From contig OZ024740.1 in NCBI GenBank assembly GCA_964016885.1, positions 366,048,001-366,112,000 on the forward strand: DNA of 64,000 nucleotides, written 5' to 3'. Below the pieces are notes generated by a model. The model saw only the letters and a list, made by a program, of their open reading frames with translations. It did no database searches and was not told the origin of the DNA. Of the stretch, positions 40,908 to 53,514 are shown one piece after another. The stretch's first letter is position 1. Each line of letters begins with the position of its first letter. This DNA is from Eledone cirrhosa. Its lineage: Eukaryota. Both the position numbers and the translations under genes were made by a program.

Positions 40908-41370
40908 CTGGTGTATATATGTCTATATAGACTATAATCAGTTACTTGCTTTATAGTTTGTTTTTCTTCAAGTCGATATCACAAGGGCTATTAAATAGCA
41001 ACACTGTTTATAAAAGAAATTTCAAGTTGAGAAGATAGAGAAACTGTTCATGTTCTTGATCACAAATTGATAACATCATTATTATTTAACATTTGATAGA
41101 CATATCTTAGTTATCCATAAACAAAAAAAGATGCCGAGATGGAATTTGTTCAGAAAGAGATAAAGTATGAATGACATCAGTTCTTTAGAAATTTCTAATA
41201 TCTGTTGCAAATAAACATTAGAGTAGATTTGAAACCTAACTTTTTTAGATAGTAATAAATGATTTTACAACAGCTGATAAGAAACCCCAATGAGGAACTA
41301 GTAACCTCTACTGCACCTCCCTTTATTTTCCTTCTCAATATTCTGATCATGTACAAGTTTCTACCCTTAA

Positions 41371-41639
41371 CCTCTTCAGTGCCATAGACAAGATAACTCC
41401 TAACACGTATTCATTCCATTACCAAGGATGAGATAACTCACCCTAACATGTTTGAACTAATTTCCAAGAGTTCATAACTTCAAAAATAGATCGAGTTGCT
41501 AGTTTATTAATGCAACATTTGTCAATCATTCAGATATGGGTTGTTAATAAATGTTTGTTTAGAAAAAAAGTGATTTTACTGAGGAAAAAAACTGGTACAG
41601 CAACTGTGGGTGAGTAAAATATACATGGCAGTCAACAGG
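41371..41639. mobile_element. piggyBac-like MITE, second family
   Basis: TTAA on both sides (41367-70 and 41640-43). TIRs cctcttcagtgccat / atggcagtcaacagg match at 12 of 15 positions. Confidence 0.6.
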
Positions 41640-41938
41640 TTAATAAACCCATTTTCTTAGTGGATTGATCAAATCAGTAACTATCTTGTAACAGTATTCA
41701 AGCATTACAATTTTTTCCTAATAGAAAACAAAACTGTATAATCCTTAAAGCCCTTACATAACAATTACTGCACTTTTAAAAATATGTAATTTGTGAAACA
41801 AACAGGTAGCATCTTCAACATACATCCTCATTTTATGGCAACAGCAACATACTGTACCTACCATTTTGTGTTTTACTGAACTGAACAACTCTTGTCAATG
41901 CAGACTAACACTATCTGATTTAGTAATCTAATCATATC

Positions 41939-41971
41939 ACTTACCTGAGAAAAAAACAAATAAGAGACAGA

Positions 41972-41977
<6 letters not shown>
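41939..41977 (-). promoter_or_regulatory. Candidate recursive splice site (zero-length exon)
   Basis: Minus strand tatttctctgtctcttatttgtttttttctcAG|GTAAGT; junction at 41945/41944. Confidence 0.55.
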
Positions 41978-42024
<47 letters not shown>

Positions 42025-42054
42025 ATTATATATACATACACACACATATACATA

Positions 42055-43199
42055 CAGGGTTGCTCATTTTTTTTAGGACATTTGAATGAATTTATAAAAA
42101 AGGTATAAGTCATGAAAGAAGAGCTTTAAAGGAGAAAAAATTGGCATGAATAATCTTGAAACTCTTTTTGATGCATGTACTCAATGAATCTGTCGTTAGC
42201 ATTAATGACCGCTTCAATACGAGGCCTGAAAAATTGACACACCTAAATCAGATGGTCTTTATTTAGATATAGTGCAAGTTATGGCAGATTTCAGAGATTT
42301 TATAGTGTTATGGGGGTATTGGTTGACTTCCTTCTTAAATATGCCCCATACTTTAGTAAAGTATGGGGCATATTTAAGAACAGGTTCATGTCTAAAGAGC
42401 TAGGAGGGTGACATGACTGTGGAGATCGTAACTCATCCATTCTTGGGTCGTCTTGGCCTTATGAGATGGCACAAAGTCTTGTGGGTATGTATACAGCTTT
42501 CCTTTACTCATATCCTCTATTCAATGCTTCACAACCCTCTCCAACACCTTATATTCAACAGGAATTACCCCTTAAGCCCCAAGGAAAGAACCATTAGAGT
42601 TGCCAGAAACTTTCCATGCATGACCATTGGAATGTTTTTAGAATTTCTGCTTAGCCATCTGCCATTCTTTGATTGACCTTTTGGTCCTGATCAAAGATTT
42701 TCTCATTAGGAAAATACCAGGCACTTGATGTTTCAACTTGCTCAACAGGCACTTTGTGCAGATCAGACAGTTATGTTTTGGTTTTGCAGACATTAAATGT
42801 TCTCTCCACATCACATATGACTTTCATCAAAGATCCTCATGCACAATTTTTCCGATAGTGTGCTTGGAAACCTTGAGCTCCTTAGCAATGGCACTGTTTG
42901 ATTTTCTGAAATTCTGATTGATAAGCACCATTCGTACAAATTTGGGTGTTCTGATTACGTTTGGCTACTGCTGAATCCCTGTCAGCAGCTTCCAGTTCAT
43001 TGCAAACTTTGACAATAAATGACTGTGCAACTTTCAGGAAGCAAACAATCTCTAAATCCCTATGATCTACCTTAAAGGCAACAATTACAGCATGCCTTTT
43101 CATCTACTGAGTTAGCTTGATATCAATCATCATTTATCTGAAACGAAATGATAAGTTAAGCTATTATAAGACGTGTCCTCAAAGAACTGAGCAACCCCC

Positions 43200-43201
<2 letters not shown>
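42055..43201 (-). mobile_element. Decayed near-full-length maT-like Tc1/mariner transposon
   Basis: TIRs cagggttgctca..aggaca / tgtcct..tgagcaaccccctg. N-terminal MKRHAVIVAFKVDHRDLEIVCFLKVA, catalytic QDFVPSHKAKTTQEW, and C-terminal FRPRIEAVINANDRFIE* resembling ORF 6180-6614. Confidence 0.85.
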
Positions 43202-43231
<30 letters not shown>

Positions 43232-43572
43232 AATATATATATATATACAGAGAGAGAGAGAGAGAGAGAGAAACATGCCAAAACATTTAGGGAAATATAG
43301 AAAATATTAAAAAAACAATGAAAATTCATATAAAATCAAAACAACTGTAGAAATGAACAAAATGAAAAAAAATAAAGATTAAATTTCAAAACTATGTTTA
43401 AGATAAGTGTTATTGCATTTGTTAATTATTGTTTCTTATTTTTTATCTACAGCAGCTAAGATGCAAGGCAAAAATGTGAACACTATGTATGTATGCATTT
43501 ATTTGTATATATACACACACAGACACACACACACACACGCAGACACACACACACAGACACACACACACACAG

Positions 43573-43631
<59 letters not shown>

Positions 43632-44008
43632 TACATATACATGTATGACTATACTTTGCACACTAGCAAGGTTAATTTTTCTAAATAGAAGATCACGATA
43701 GAGAGAGTAATAATTAAGTATTAAAAGCAATTAGAGAGCAAGAAAAAATTAGATAAATAAAATTACCAAATTAAGATGCAAAAGAAAAAGACTATAGTAG
43801 TAATTTTGTAAGCCAGAATGTGTAGAAAAACAAGTCATTATTAGTGCAGACAAGGAAAATTAGAAAAATGTGGAGCAAGATAAAACTGCACCACAACTAT
43901 ATCAGCCACCATCTACAATATTAAGCAGCTTTGAATAGATTTATTTGAAGCAGAAATTAGCAGCCTTGACTGTGAGCGAACGAGCGGTCAAATCCAATGT
44001 GTACTCAC

Positions 44009-44190
44009 ATGCAGGAATCCAACAGATGTGAGCTCATTTTAGAATCATCTGGTGAGTCCTCAAGGACATCACTGTGAATAGAGGAGACGGCTCCAGGAGA
44101 GTCATGTAATGCTGGATTACGCCAGCTGTGGGAATCTCCGATAATACTAGAAGTGCTATTCATGGTTGGAGTGCCACTACTTAACCTACA
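44009..44190 (-). CDS. 182-nt coding exon of unidentified gene (Ser/Asp-rich; phase 0-2)
   Basis: Acceptor ctgtttttgtttcag, donor CAT|gtgagt. Open frame CRLSSGTPTMNSTSSIIGDSHSWRNPALHDSPGAVSSIHSDVLEDSPDDSKMSSHLLDSC. Confidence 0.78.
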
Positions 44191-44534
44191 CTGAAACAAA
44201 AACAGCGAAGATAACAAAATGGTTAGTTCATTTGGCACCATGCATATAAGCAACATGCATGTTAAAACTTCTTGATGTAGGTATATATATACGTATGCAT
44301 GTATATGCATGTAAGTAAGTTTATATGGATACATGTATGTGTATGTGAGTGTAAAGTGATTATCTCAGCACCAAATAATAGTTCATATTTCATTAGCCAT
44401 TTCTACAAACAATAAGTTGCTGTTACTTTAATTACAGCATTATCCCAGTAATATGGAAAACAGAGGGTCTATGTCTTATATGTGACAACTTCAAGAATTC
44501 TATCATTAATTCCTACATTCAACAGAATATTCCA

Positions 44535-44980
44535 ATAATAATAATGATTTCTAATCTAGGCACAAGTCATTCAATTTGTGAGGAGGTTAAAGTTGATTAT
44601 ATCGATTCCAGTATTTGACTGGTACTTTATTTTATCAACACAAGAAGGACGAAAGGTAAAGTTGATCTTGGCAGCATTTGAACATAGAATGTAAAGAGTT
44701 GTAACTATATGCTGCAAAGCATATTGTCCGACGCTCTACCAATACTGCCAATACCTTCATAATAATTGTTTCTACTTTAGGCACAAGGCCAGTAATTTGA
44801 AGGGGAGGGGAAAGTCAATTAAATCGACGCCAGCGTATCACTGGTGTTTTATTTTATTGATCCCATAAGGATGAAAGGCAAAGCTAATCTCGGCAGGATT
44901 TGAACTCAAAAGTAAAGGGCCATGACTATGCCGCAAAGCATATTGTCCAACACTCTACTGATACTGCCACTCCACCACCT
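44535..44980 (-). mobile_element. Two tandem SINE family 1 copies
   Basis: Family similarity; another copy lies at 45538-45761. Confidence 0.85.
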
Positions 44981-44999
44981 TAATAATAATAACAACAAC

Positions 45000-45212
45000 A
45001 TGCAAAACAAAGATCTAGAAACTGAGATAAACAGAATGTGGCACCTTAAAACCCAAGCTATTCTGGTAGAGAGAGGAGCTCTAATTGTCATAAAGAAAGG
45101 TGTTAAACAAAAGTTTCTAGAAAACATACCTGGTAAATCTAGCATCTATGAAATCCAAAAGATAATTCTAACAAGTACCACCGACATACTTTGTAAATTT
45201 TTGTCTTTGTAA
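45000..45212 (+). mobile_element. R4/Dong-like non-LTR retrotransposon C-terminal remnant
   Basis: KDLETEINRMWHLKTQAILVERGAL...IPG...IYEIQKIILTSTTDILCKFLSL* resembles the region after the restriction-like endonuclease. Abuts (TAA)n. Confidence 0.75.
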
Positions 45213-45984
45213 TATATGTCAACACATACTTTTCTGATTAATTTTTATAGTAACTTTAATTGATATTTATTACTATTCAAATCTCCTTAATGCAAAATTA
45301 ATTCACATCTTTTACACCTCTTAATATTTCTTACCTCCTCCTATTCCTAACTTACTGTATGTATTTTCTCAATTTGTTTTTTTTTAAAATTTATTTACTT
45401 ACTTTTGTGATGTGACTTGTTAAGTGAATGTGAGGACAGAACAATAAAATAAACTGTCAAAACCAATTATACCGGCCCTAAGAATCTGGTTGATACTTTG
45501 GTAGTCGTTGCATTTAATGCAAAATCAAAGGAAAATATAATAATGGTTTCTACTATAGGCACCAACGCCAACAATTTTGGGATTGAGGAAAGTCGATTAA
45601 ATCGACCCCAGTGCATTACTGGTGCTTTATTTTATTGACCCCATAAGGATGAAAGGCAAAGCTAACCTTGGTGGGATTTGAACTCAGAACATAAGGGGAT
45701 GTAACTATATGCTGCAAAGCATGTTGCCTGACTCTCTACTGATACTGCCAATCCACTGCCCTCACCATGTAACTAATAATAGTAATGAGATTAGCGCATG
45801 TTTTTTCTCAAGAGTATTAGTAATTTAAATAGGAAAATAGTTTTAACAAGAAATATTTAAATGAAGACGCAGCGTATTGCTAGGTTATTACTGTGTGGTT
45901 TCTTACCGTTAACTTTGGTTGCAGAGGTGCTTGTTAATGTTACTATACATCATACAAGATGGAATATAAAATGTAACCTCTACT

Positions 45985-46370
45985 GTGATAGGAAAGGCAC
46001 CCAGCTGAAGAAAATCTACCAAACAAAGTGTCAGGATGATTCTTCCACATGATAAACAAACCAAGTACAGTTTGTAAGGTGATTGGTGACAGGGAGGGCA
46101 TCCTGCTATAGAAAACCTACCAAACAAAGGGTCAAGAAAATTCTTCAAAGGCATGACAACCTCCCTAGTGATAGTTCCATGATAAAATGCATTTGGGAGT
46201 GTATAGGAATATAAATGAGTGTGGATCCCCAGCCTGTCCGAACACTCAGTAGAGCATAAGAATATGTGTAAGCAAGATGCAGGCTCTCGGTCTATCTGAG
46301 TACTGACTTGGTCTGTGATGACCCTTGCTAGCAGGGAGAAAATGAACATTAAATGATGGCAATGATGATA
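45985..46370 (+). mobile_element. Modular RTE-tailed non-autonomous repeat (diverged)
   Basis: Repeated gtgacagg.agggcatcc.gct.tagaaaacct.ccaaacaaa modules plus a cttgctagcaggga..atgatg tail. Relatives at ~14670-15030 (-), ~57210-57740 (-) and ~61845-62115 (+). Confidence 0.6.
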
Positions 46371-46686
46371 TGTGAAAAAACTGAAATTTGAACAACAGAC
46401 TCAGCACTATACAGTGCTCAAAATAATAAATAGAAGAAAAAAGAAGAAGAAATACTGAATCACATTTCTTTATCAGTTTGCTCCTGTAATGATGTTTTAT
46501 TGAGCTGATATCATTGAAAATGACTTTACTACTCGGCAAAAGAAAAAAAAAATACTGTTAATGTTTTTTATTTATATAATTCATTTATATAGTACAAATT
46601 GTGTTTTATTTTAGTCTAGTGAAAATATAATCTCCAACTAATATCATTGTTATTTCTATCTTAATCAGATGTCACTTCATGTAGAG

Positions 46687-47013
46687 CAGGGTTACCAATC
46701 TTTTTGTGTCATCAGTCATTGCTCACTTTCACAGGAAAATATTTTCCACTACACACTTGTATAGTTAATATTCAAAAGCATACCAAAAATGTTTGGTTAA
46801 AGTTTGTTATTGTTTCTTTATTCCCATTTGCCTCCTGTTTTGTTTTTTATATAGATTCTTTGAATATTTTTTGGGTTAGTATATGTTGAAATACATTCTT
46901 AATACTCAAAATCTTGTATCGGCCACCAATATTTCCAATCACCCACCATTTTCTGTTTAGTTGCTCATTGTCCACCCAACAGTGGGTGATATCGCACAGG
47001 TTGGGAAACCTTG
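46687..47013. mobile_element. hAT (Charlie-like) MITE
   Basis: TIRs cagggttaccaa / ttgggaaaccttg. 8-bp flanks atgtagag / atctagag (7 of 8 match), fitting the NTCTAGAN target preference. Confidence 0.75.
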
Positions 47014-47556
47014 ATCTAGAGTTTGTACTGTCTTGAAACCTAATCTTTTCCCAAATGTTTTCTTTCCTCTACTCCTACCATAGCAGTTTTCACCACTTTA
47101 TGTTTGTTGCTGTTTAAGACCCATCCTCATAAGTAAAGTAACTGTGCCCTCCTCCTCCTCCTGTTCCACAGTTAAATATCTCATATGCATGACAGACTCA
47201 CATTACCTGTCTGTACTAACACAGACAATACTTCTATACATAATATCATTAGCAGCTGATGTATTTGATAAGGTTATATCTGTATATATACAAAATAGAC
47301 TGTAAATGTGCATATAAATTTACACATTTTTATAGTTAAATATTTCCTTGTGCTTGTTTTGATGATATATACACACCTGATGAAGGACCCAACTAGGTCA
47401 GAAAATCGATTAAAGATGTTTATTTTTTTCATTGAGACATATTTGGCATGTTTATGTGTGTCAATATTCTTAAATTGTGTAAACATATATACACACATTT
47501 ATGCAGACTCAGTACCTATATTCTCTATATATATATATACAGATATAACTTTATCA

Positions 47557-48120
47557 TCTATATATATAAAACTGAGGATGTGTGTCTGAGTTTGAATCCC
47601 TAAAACTTGAGAAGTACCCAACCGATTTTTTTCAAACTTTACATGTGTATTACTTATGTTTCAACTTTTTTTCAGCTTTTTGTGGGTTTTTTGAGGCATT
47701 ACGTCAGACCGATTTCCTTGAAATTGTAACTATGTATTAGTCAGTCTCTTCTTCGTACCGTGAGCAAAGAAAATCCAACTTTTTTATGGCCTAGGGCCTG
47801 CATTAGGTGAAAAACTTCACTTTTTCAGCTTTTTAGAGCTCTTTTGAGGCGTTATGTCTAGCTGATTTTCCCGAAATTTCAAGGCATATTATGCACATAA
47901 AAAAAAATTCATTTTCTTGATCCCCTAGGGCCTACATTAGGTGAAAACCTGCATTTTTCCTGCTTCATCGAGGAAAATCTTAAAGATTATCCAGCCATAG
48001 GAGTATTCGGTTTATTTTCTTTACATACTGTCTTGGCATGCAGTTTTTCCACGATTAGGTCTGTTGGCGGCCTGCGTTCCAAAATACCTTATCCTGTGCA
48101 ACTCCGGGTACCACTGCTAG
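47557..48120 (+). mobile_element. Non-autonomous Helitron-like element
   Basis: A|TCTATATATATAAAA 5' end, CTAG|T 3' end, decayed subterminal hairpin (cctgtgcaactccggg), internal ~140-bp sub-repeats (cctagggcct.cattaggtgaaaa). Confidence 0.7.
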
Positions 48121-48222
48121 TACAATATATTTTACCTTCTAAAGGAGTATTTATTAATATAATTGTACATTTACTTAGTGCATTGATATATATAACTGTG
48201 TATAGACATACATAAGTATGTA

Positions 48223-48568
48223 CGGAGGCACATGGCTTTGTGGTTAGAGCATTGGGCTTGCAATCGAAAGGTTGTGAGTTCAATTCTCAGACAGAGTGAT
48301 GTGTTGTTTCCTTGAGCAAGACACTTTATTTCACATTGCTCCAGTTTACTCAGCTGTAGAAATGAGATGGAGGTGCCACGGCAAAAAAGCACCCAGCCCA
48401 CACTGTAAAGTGGATGTGTAGGCGCCACGGAAAAAAAGCACCCAGCACTCACTGTAAATGAGGTTGATGTTAGGAAGGGCATCCAGCTGTAGAAACCAAG
48501 CCAGAATCAGTTCCCGTCCCACCCTTGCAAGCAGGGAAAAGCGGACGTAAAATGATGATGATGATGAA
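48223..48568 (+). mobile_element. Full-length CORE-like tRNA SINE with RTE-type (GAT)n tail
   Basis: A box tggctttgtgg, B box gagttcaattc, CORE-like ccttgagcaagacacttta, duplicated aaaagcacccagc.c.cactgtaaa, and a tail shared with the RTE remnants. Confidence 0.85.
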
Positions 48569-48779
48569 TAACATTCCAAGGAGTTACAAATGCTATGGAC
48601 ACATCTTCACCAGTTAAATACAAAACAAAATATACCAATGTAAATATACATCATTATCATAATCCCACTGAGGTTAACTTTGCCTTTCATCCTTACGGGG
48701 TCGATAAAATAAAGTACCAGTAATACACTGGGTAATTGCTGGCCTTGTGCCAAAAGTAGAAACAATTATCATAGTCATT

Positions 48780-49380
48780 AATTTATGCTTGCTTCTCTTT
48801 TGTCAAGTCCAACATCATGAGACCAGACCACACTAATTCCTCTCACGTTTTTTAAATCTTCTTCATGCTCCTTCAGCTAAATTATTTTCTACATTTTTCT
48901 CATCCAGCTGACACCCTTCATATGCAATGTCCATTCATTGCAGCACAGGCTCCCGGTTTCTAGAATAGGTTCAGATAATTCTAAAACTAGCTCACATCTG
49001 TTGCATCCCAGTTTTTAGAATAGGTTCATGTCATTAAAAGGAAGGGTGTTAAAGGCTGTTAAACATCTCAAACCATCCTGTCCATCCCTTGCTAGCATAA
49101 AAAGGTAGATATGATGATGAGGATGGTAACTGACTGATTTCTTTAATGCCCAGTTTTTCTCTGAGCCATTGTACGGTGACATTGCACTGATAGTCGAGAA
49201 TGCTTGCTTCATTTCTTTTTAATTTACACATATCCTCCCACATCCACTACTACTCATATTTCACTACTATTCAACAAACAATGCCCTTCATACGTTATCA
49301 TCATGCAATCTACCCTTCACTGAGAAAAGAAAAACCCTTTACTGCTGATAGAGGTAATAGCTCCCTGGCTATTTTCTACC
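48780..49380 (-). mobile_element. Decayed RTE LINE fragments
   Basis: Minus strand LREKLGIKEI, NEASIL and ctattacctctatcagcag (LLPLS) motifs homologous to 58200-58935. Confidence 0.55.
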
Positions 49381-50044
49381 CCGTCCTCACTGACTACTTA
49401 CTATACAGGTATAAACATGTTTATTTAGGCACATATATGTGCAAATAGATACAAATGGACACATAACTGAAACCACACAAATGATCAAATACAAACAAAC
49501 ACATTAAGTAAAGAAGCTATAAAAGCAAAATACATTTTTTAAAATTTGATGTATTCAAAGGCATCACCAACTATTAAAAGAGAGAAAGAAAAAAACAAAT
49601 ACATTTTCTTTTAATACAAATTTCTTTATAATCATTTCAAGATAACTTTCTATCAAATTTGTGCAGCATTACAAATGCTGAAGATATAAATGCCATCACA
49701 GACTAATGCCCATACAACAAACATGCTTCCATCTAACAGAGAATAAGAAGCTTACTGGAGAGGATATTTACACAGTATTTTAAATGAATTCCCAAATCTC
49801 TACATCTCACAAGGAATTATCACCAGAGTAGTTTTTGCAATTCATTAAAGTAATCTGACTGTTAAAAGATTTGGTTATGATGGATTATATGCTTGCTGTA
49901 AACAGTTTCTGTTATATCAACTTTCAAATGGAGAAAATGATTTTGATTATCCACATAGAATACAACTAGAATATTGGCCGTTAAGGTCATAATAAGACCA
50001 GAGCTTGCTGAGAATTGCCTCCAATATTTGCCAAAACAGTTAAA

Positions 50045-50220
50045 ATTGTTTCTATTTTTGGCACAAGGCCAGCAATTACCCAGTACATTACTGGTACTTT
50101 ATTTTATCGACCCCATAAGGATGAAAGGCAAAGTTAACCTCGGCGGAATTTGAACTCAGATCATAAAAGGACGTAACTCTATGCTTCAAAGCATGGTGTC
50201 CGACTCTACCAATACTGCCA
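50045..50220 (-). mobile_element. SINE family 1 copy
   Basis: Family similarity. Confidence 0.88.
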
Positions 50221-50769
50221 ATTAGCTATTGATTAATAACATTTTCCCTTTAATTTATGATTAGCACTAACATTTTTGTGAGCAATCAAGAAATTGAAGG
50301 GATGTAGAGAAATTACTCAGACATTAAGTTGATGTCTGGCACTAACAATTCTGCCAATTTAAATGCTAAAGGGTAGATATCTCTCACTAATGCTGCAGAT
50401 CATGAACACAAGTTAAATGCATGTACATACTGACATTAGTTGTCATAAAATTCTTAAAATTATGTAAATAGCTCATTACCATCACCAGTGTGATCAACAT
50501 TAGTATCATCAGCATCAGTGTTGTCCTCATCAATAGAAACAGTGGTAGCATCAACATATGTCCACCTTTTCTTATGTTCCAAACAAAGTAATTTGATATC
50601 AAGTGTCCATGGATTTTCCCTTACTATACATGACAAATAGACCCAAGTCGACACAACCCATATTTCCAATGAATTTTAGAGAAAAGGAAAACAAATCAAA
50701 ACAAAAACTACTCAACTAATAAAAAAAATAAAATGGATGTGTGAATACAGTACTGGACAACCAGCTTAA

Positions 50770-50981
50770 TGCTTTAGCATTTAAACCGGCTGTATTCGGC
50801 CAGAATTCTCTCACCTCTTTCTGTTCAAACCTGCCATAACTGGCCACTCATACTGATGTTAAGATATTGTTCTCAAAATAAATAATATCAAAATTTCATA
50901 GATTCAATATTATGTAAAGTAAAGCCTTTACTGCAAAAATACAATAGTAAATATAGAGTAATGCAAATGTTAAAGGGTTAA
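50770..50981. mobile_element. piggyBac-like MITE copy
   Basis: Homologue of 8399-8598; ends aaaggg-TTAA. Confidence 0.75.
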
Positions 50982-51594
50982 ATAAGGACATGAAAAAATT
51001 ACAAAGATAAGAGAAAAAGTTCACAACATAAGTCTGGAGAGTAAAACAATTTAAGTAATTTGATCATTAGTAATTGTTCATTCTCTATTTGTATAAATCA
51101 ATGAGGCAGTGAATTAGCAGTCTGACAGAACATCGGATAAAAACGCTTTGTGGTATTTGCTCTGACTTTCTGCACTCTGAGGTCAAATTCGGCTTTCATC
51201 CATTCGAGGTAAAAAAAAAAAAAAAAAAGAACTAATCCAGTACTACAGTCTATATTTCTTCTTCACTTCCTGTATATCACTCTCTTTCTCCTTATCTGGA
51301 AGTAATTGGCTCTGCTTAGACCTGGAGTGGGCTGTGCCAGGTTTAAGATGCCTAAGATATGCTGCATGTCACTATGGCGACTATGACTCAATCAGGAGCT
51401 ATAGGTCCTATATTCATAGAGCAACACATTCCCCAACATTTTATTGTCCCTGTAGACATAAACCTACATATTTTAAAGCTGGATATATTAGTTAATAATA
51501 TCCAATGGCCTGAAAAGATCATGAGAGCTACAGGCTCACAGACACCCTATCAAAAAAAGAAAATACTGAATTACTATTATCAGATTCCATCCCA

Positions 51595-51940
51595 CTAATG
51601 TCAATTTTGCCTTTCATTATTCCAGAGACAATGAAATAAAGTAACTGTTAAGTTCTGAGGGTCATGTAATTAACTAACCTTACCGCCTAATTGCTGGCCT
51701 TGTGATTCAAATAGAAACCATTATTATTTGGCAGTATCGGTAGACCGTCGTCAGACAACATGCTTTGCAGCATATAGTTATGGCCCTTTACATTCTGAGT
51801 TCAAATCCCACTGAGGTTAACTTTGCCTTTCATCCTTATGAGATTGATAAAATAAAGTACTAGTAATACAGATTTAATCAACTTTTCACCTTCTTCCAAA
51901 TTACTGGTCTTGTGTCGATAATAGAAAGAATTATTATTAT
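51595..51940 (+). mobile_element. Two tandem SINE family 1 copies
   Basis: Family similarity. Confidence 0.8.
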
Positions 51941-53077
51941 TACAGTAACAGACAATCCAAGGATTCCTTTAAGTAATTTTTTTCAAGCAAAATACGAGTA
52001 CATCAAATAAAGAAATTAAGAGTTAGTTTCAATGGTCACTGTTATACATCCATTGATATTTGTTCACAATTTGACAAATACAAGAAAGCTAGAATGTTTA
52101 TTTTCAATTAGCAGAGGCAGAGTGAAAGAACAAAGGAACCAAGAAAGGAGACAAAATATTTTGAGACAAGTAATTAGAAACTTCAAATTAATAGAGAGCA
52201 TTAAACTTGTCGCAGTGTAAACTTTTGGTATTCTTCGTCCCTGTACCACCTCAATACATACAACTGTCAGAACAGAGTGGACCCACTGCAGGAGTGAACA
52301 GCTATTTCAACACGTCACCTACATTCGGGGAAATGCTTTCTCAATTCTATTGGGACCATAAGGCAGCTAGTGACTAGGGTTCTGCATGCCAGAGTGTTCT
52401 CCCACACAGTCTGGGCTTGTATCATTGGGATAACAGTGGTGTAGGTTTCTGATATCTATGGCATCAGTTGGCGCACATACACATATATTTCATACACAGC
52501 ATATTTGTTAAATAGAACAGTAGAAGAGATAAAACTTGAAATGAAATAAAGAAAACTATTGCTAAGAATGTGCTTATCCAAAGAATAAGTCTTTAGTGAT
52601 GCAAGGATGATGAAAACATACACACATGCAAAACAGTTCTTATGTATCAGTTCATTTTATCACAATCTTACAATAATAATTGTTTCTAACATAGACACAA
52701 GGTCAGCAATGCAGTGGAGAGGAAAGTCAATTAAATTAACCCCAGTAACTGACTGGTACTTTATTAATCCCAGAAGGATGAAAGGCAAAGTTGGCTTCAG
52801 CACGATTTGAACCCAGAAAGTAAGGAGCTGTAACTAAATACTCCAAAACATTTTGCCCATGACTAACAATTCTGCCAATTAACTGCCCTTCAAAAGTCAC
52901 TGTAATAATAACAATAATAGTTTCTAATTGAGGCACAAGGCTAGCAATTTCGGGGGAAAGTGAGTTAAGTACATGAATCCCAGCACTTGACTGCAAAGTT
53001 GATATTAGCGGGATTGGAATCAGAATGTAAAGGGCTGGAACAAATACTTTAACCCTTTAGCATTTACATTACTCTAT

Positions 53078-53514
53078 ATCATCATCACCATTTTACGTCC
53101 GTTCTTCCACGCTAACATGGGTTAGACGGGTTGTCCTGTTGTGGGCATTGTCCGGTCAGCTGACCTTGTCTTGCTCATACGGGAACTGATTCTGGCTTGA
53201 TTTCTACAGCTGGATGCCCTTCCTAATACCAGTCTCATTTACAGTGAGTGCTGGGTGCTTTTTTTCCGTGGTGCCTACACGTCTACTTTACAGTGTGGGC
53301 TGGCTGCTTTTTTTGCCGTGGCACCTCCACGACCACTTTGCAGTGGAATGATAGGGACTCCAGTCCTATCATCTCATTTCTACAGCTGAGTAAACTAGAG
53401 CAATGTCAAATAAAGTGTCTCGCTCAAGGAAACAACACATCACTGTCTGAGAAATGAACTCACAACCTTTTGATTGCAAGGCCCATGCTCTAACCACTAA
53501 GCCATGTGCCTCCA
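53078..53514 (-). mobile_element. CORE-like SINE nested inside MITE 53049-53693
   Basis: Reverse complement of the 48223-48568 family. The flanks rejoin to give the MITE seen at 50770-50981. Confidence 0.85.

Noticed and set aside
48223-48300. tRNA gene
   Set aside because: tRNA-like A/B boxes run straight into a SINE body; no full cloverleaf.
50460-50600. Acidic exon-like frame (VSIDEDNTDADDTNVDHTGDG)
   Set aside because: Better explained as a decayed (GAT)n tail following an RTE-tail-like sequence; no good acceptor.
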